From a virus (taxonomy: Duplodnaviria; Caudoviricetes): a DNA stretch of 37,916 nt. Location: positions 1 to 37,916 of IMG/VR virus record IMGVR_UViG_3300020161_000179. One strand, 5' to 3'. Below the pieces are notes generated by a model, which was not told where the DNA came from, searched no databases, and was given only the letters and a program-made list of their open reading frames with translations. Every line of letters begins with the position of its first letter. Within the stretch, counting starts at the first letter, position 1. Positions 35,262 through 37,916 of this stretch are shown here, piece by piece. A program made the translations under genes and the position numbers.

Positions 35262-35543
35262 ATGATAAAACTTTTAATGGACAACACCGTTGACTCTATC
35301 CAAGTATCAAAAAAGATGTTTGTTGATACTTTCGTAAAGCACGATGGACTGGCGAAAACGATGCACGAATTCGTAGATGCTCAAACCGAGTATACTAAAA
35401 GAGCAGTTGATGTAGGTTTTACAACCGGCACTACTATGTATAAGACGCTATCAGATAAGTCGTTTTATGCAGATACAATAAAGACTATGCAAGAATCTGC
35501 AAAGGCTATGTTTAACACACAGAAGAAGAAAGAAGAAAAGTAA
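35262..35543 (+). CDS. Small amphipathic helical protein (phasin-like?)
   Basis: All-helical amphipathic pattern; family assignment tentative. Confidence 0.5.
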   Translation: MIKLLMDNTVDSIQVSKKMFVDTFVKHDGLAKTMHEFVDAQTEYTKRAVDVGFTTGTTMYKTLSDKSFYADTIKTMQESAKAMFNTQKKKEEK

Positions 35544-35545
35544 TA

Positions 35546-35644
35546 ATGACTAATAAATCACTATATGCGTCACGCGCCGGGTTTGTGACTGTAACCTCAT
35601 TGATGATGTTTCTAACCTACGCATTTATCGTAACTATTTTGTAA
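35546..35644 (+). CDS. 32-aa single-TM peptide (not in ORF track)
   Basis: MTNKSLYASRAGFVTVTSLMMFLTYAFIVTIL exactly fills the gap. Confidence 0.5.
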   Translation: MTNKSLYASRAGFVTVTSLMMFLTYAFIVTIL

Positions 35645-35657
35645 TAGGAGTTGTAAA

Positions 35658-35924
35658 ATGAGCGACAGTAAAATTCCAGGACTTCCCGAAGTTAAGTTCA
35701 ACAAGAATGGATATGAGATTCGGTCTGATATCTTGGGCCTAGCTGAAAAGCTGGTCATTGAGGAATATAAGGCTAAGTTATTTGGTTGGGAAGTCTCACA
35801 GGCAAAAGACGAAGACGGTAAGATTGTTACCAAAGTTTCTGCGCCAGAATTTCCAGGACTCGAAAAAGTACTTGAAACAGCACAGAAGATGTACGATTTT
35901 GTGAATAACCCCGCAAAAAAGTAA
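35658..35924 (+). CDS. Hypothetical protein
   Basis: SD AGGAG; KNGYEIRSDIL...AQKMYDFV. Confidence 0.75.
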   Translation: MSDSKIPGLPEVKFNKNGYEIRSDILGLAEKLVIEEYKAKLFGWEVSQAKDEDGKIVTKVSAPEFPGLEKVLETAQKMYDFVNNPAKK

Positions 35925-36494
35925 TTACTTACGGTTGAGGTTACCCCAACCGTGTCCTATTATACAATATCGGGTCCCTGAGGTTATTTCTGTCACTGCG
36001 TGTAAGTAGTGAGGTGGAAAAAATATCGCGGACCCGATATTGCGTGTAGCGTGATGCATTTTTACATATAAATCTCCGCCTTCGTAATCTTCGGATTCGC
36101 TTAACTGCACAACAAGATTGAGTTTACGATCTGGGTTTAGGTTAGTGCTTCCATGAGAGTCAGTGTGCATTCCAAAACTGTCACCGGTTCTATATTCCTT
36201 AATTTCATAGTATTCAACAAAATCGAGTGAGTACCCGTGTTCGTCGGTGAATCTTTTCCATACCTTGTCAAGAACATCATAAACAGGGTGTGCTAGATCA
36301 TACAGTAGACAAGTAGTAAACGATGCTTTTGTCACTGCATTTTTGCTGCCGCGGCGGTGAAAACTATCGTCATTGAGTGCAAACTGAATGATGCTGTCAG
36401 CCATGTCTTTGGTGATTACATTATCGTATTCCACGATTGAGTTATCAAGAGACAGGTCAATATTCGGTTTCATTTTGATTGGAAAATGAGTCAT
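35925..36494 (-). CDS. 2OG-Fe(II) oxygenase (prolyl-4-hydroxylase-like)
   Basis: HTD, RKLNLVVQLS, YEGG, FP, LHAVTEITSGTRY. Start moved to ATG 36494, downstream of TATAAATA. Confidence 0.88.
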   Translation of the reverse strand: MTHFPIKMKPNIDLSLDNSIVEYDNVITKDMADSIIQFALNDDSFHRRGSKNAVTKASFTTCLLYDLAHPVYDVLDKVWKRFTDEHGYSLDFVEYYEIKEYRTGDSFGMHTDSHGSTNLNPDRKLNLVVQLSESEDYEGGDLYVKMHHATRNIGSAIFFPPHYLHAVTEITSGTRYCIIGHGWGNLNRK

Positions 36495-36498
36495 GAAA

Positions 36499-36506
36499 TA
36501 TTTATA
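36499..36506 (-). promoter_or_regulatory. T4 consensus late promoter
   Basis: TATAAATA on the minus strand, 4 nt before ATG 36494. Confidence 0.7.
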
Positions 36507-36514
36507 AAAAAAGG

Positions 36515-36543
36515 TTGACATGAGTATGTTTTGGGTATATAGT
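36515..36543 (+). promoter_or_regulatory. sigma70-type promoter
   Basis: TTGACA-17bp-TATAGT, 6 nt before ATG 36550. Confidence 0.8.
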
Positions 36544-36549
36544 GAGAAC

Positions 36550-36702
36550 ATGATGAAGAAAGAAGTGATTCAGTTTAAGGTAGATAAACCGAAGTCAAGA
36601 GCGCATTACGTGCTTTATGGCGATACCCCGTTTCGTCCTAAAAAAGTTGAATCCAAGCTTCTCTACAAGCGAAAAGCAAAACACCCTAAACAGGATTATT
36701 GA
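36550..36702 (+). CDS. Small basic protein, ArfA-like
   Basis: LYGDTPFRPKKVESKLLYKRKAKH. Confidence 0.5.
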   Translation: MMKKEVIQFKVDKPKSRAHYVLYGDTPFRPKKVESKLLYKRKAKHPKQDY

Positions 36703-36703
36703 T

Positions 36704-36913
36704 ATGATGACCCGTGAAGATTTTTATGAGTATGTCCTAGATTTCTACAATGGCGAAACTGGTATCTATAAAGATGTAGATGCTACTCCTGCCGAAGTCG
36801 TGGCAGCTACTCGTAAGCTTGAAAAGATGTATCGCAGTCACGGCGAAGAGCCTGTGTATGACAGCATTGACCGTGAGCGGGTCCGCGATTTTATCATTGC
36901 AGCCCGTACGTAA
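36704..36913 (+). CDS. Hypothetical protein
   Basis: ATG 36704; DSIDRERVRD. Confidence 0.65.
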   Translation: MMTREDFYEYVLDFYNGETGIYKDVDATPAEVVAATRKLEKMYRSHGEEPVYDSIDRERVRDFIIAART

Positions 36914-36925
36914 CTAAATATCACT

Positions 36926-37813
36926 ATGATAGAATGGTACTCCGGATTAAACAATTATAAAAAACATACGCTTGAGTTTAGTACTACCACTAACCGGTTC
37001 ACTACTGAAATCCTAGATGTAGAGTTACAAAATGTTAGCACTGTGCAAGATGCATTTAGGATGCACGTTGCTGGTGCTAACCTGCCAGTGGAAGTATTAT
37101 ATAGCGGGGGATTAGACAGCGAGTGTGTCATAGCTGCGTTACTAGAACAAAAAATTCCAGTAGTAGCAGTGACCCTAAGGTTGTTACTCAATAACGCGCC
37201 GGTAAATTTTTGTGATCTATATTACTCTGAAAAGTTTTGTAGAGAGCATCAAGTAAAACACAACATTGTTGATTTCCATATTGACAAGTTTTACAAAAAC
37301 GGAGATCATCTCCCTTATTTAGAACCATATAAGTTCTGTATAATACCCCCTGCATCATTGCTTTGGTTGATAGAACAATGCAGCACCTTCCCTGTTTTAG
37401 GAGGTGACTATACCTGGCCGCAATCTCACGCTAAAATTTATAGTCCACACCGACATGACTATAACTGCTATGATCATTTCATGCAAACTAAAGGCATTAC
37501 AGGCATAGGGAACATGTTAAGCCATAGCCTAGATTGTAACTCAATTTTTATCCGTGAACATCAAACTATGAACCTCACTGATGTAGTTGACAAAAACATA
37601 TTATTAAACAGACTAGGCTTTAATTTAGAAAATAGACACCGTAGTTGGGGTTGGGAAAACGTAGTTGAACCGTCACGCTGGTTTGATTGGAGGGATTATG
37701 TTCCTTACCTTGAAGATACGTTTGGCCCTACTAGAAGTGTAATCAAATGGAGTCAAACGTTTGGAAATCTCATCGGAGCCAATGCCGGAGAAAACGACAA
37801 TTTTGGCATTTAA
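36926..37813 (+). CDS. PP-loop (adenine nucleotide alpha-hydrolase-like) protein
   Basis: VLYSGGLDSE; preceded by ACTAAATA (36913-36920). Confidence 0.7.
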   Translation: MIEWYSGLNNYKKHTLEFSTTTNRFTTEILDVELQNVSTVQDAFRMHVAGANLPVEVLYSGGLDSECVIAALLEQKIPVVAVTLRLLLNNAPVNFCDLYYSEKFCREHQVKHNIVDFHIDKFYKNGDHLPYLEPYKFCIIPPASLLWLIEQCSTFPVLGGDYTWPQSHAKIYSPHRHDYNCYDHFMQTKGITGIGNMLSHSLDCNSIFIREHQTMNLTDVVDKNILLNRLGFNLENRHRSWGWENVVEPSRWFDWRDYVPYLEDTFGPTRSVIKWSQTFGNLIGANAGENDNFGI

Positions 37814-37817
37814 TCGG

Positions 37818-37846
37818 TTGACAATGGGTACCCATTCTGCTATAGT
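37818..37846 (+). promoter_or_regulatory. sigma70-type promoter with a palindromic spacer
   Basis: TTGACA-17bp-TATAGT; AATGGGTACCCATT palindrome. Confidence 0.75.
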
Positions 37847-37877
37847 CAGACTATAGTTCTAAATAGAGAGATTTAAA

Positions 37878-37916
37878 ATGGAATACATATTCATGTTCTT
37901 GATAGCATTTGTTACA
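37878..37916 (+). CDS. Start of an ORF running off the window
   Basis: ATG after GAGAG; MEYIFMFLIAFVT. Confidence 0.5.
   Translation, partial: MEYIFMFLIAFVT

Noticed and set aside
79-37191. Many antisense or alternate-frame ORFs in the track (e.g. 79-456, 13204-13614, 25096-25467, 26661-27062)
   Set aside because: They lie within well-supported genes and lack an SD or motifs, so they were treated as shadow ORFs.
36926-37813. QueC call for the SGGLDS protein
   Set aside because: It has the PP-loop but lacks QueC's YGQ motif and C-terminal CX8CX2CX2C zinc site, and it lies ~11 kb from queE under a separate late promoter. A role in CDG amidation is not excluded.
1-37916. Alternative genetic code or stop-codon recoding
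   Set aside because: Long genes are intact in the standard code. The one disruption is a frameshift, not an in-frame stop.

Overview
A 37.9-kb, gene-dense, almost all + strand fragment of a large T4-like tailed phage genome. It has a family-B DNA polymerase, a gp45-like clamp, RNase H, a DsbA/GapR-like protein, sigma70-type promoters and TAAATA late-promoter boxes. The host is probably an alphaproteobacterium (inferred from the OMP and GapR-like genes). Blocks in order: (1) FecR + CHASE2 adenylate cyclase + outer-membrane beta-barrel; (2) an orphan enzyme cluster at 3.7-9.0 kb (methyltransferase, di-iron ferritin-like protein, four sulfotransferase-like P-loop proteins of which one is frameshifted, a class I amidotransferase and a 2OG/cupin hydroxylase); (3) the replication core; (4) a 7-deazaguanine DNA-modification locus (dpdA, dpdL-like, folE, queD, queE; no queC/queF seen in the window) interleaved with two GT-B glycosyltransferases, two cytidylyltransferases, an epimerase, a purine PRTase and a small transporter-like protein; (5) a DNA methyltransferase, a promoter-flanked ParB-like/GIY-YIG cassette, RNase H and small accessory genes. 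The best candidate for a new system is block 4. DpdA, one glycosyltransferase and the DNA methyltransferase carry the same type of C-terminal hydrophobic peptide as the polymerase, which suggests a clamp-tethered pathway making a sugar-decorated deazaguanine. All calls come from reading motifs by eye; no searches were run. No tRNA, rRNA or CRISPR array was recognised.
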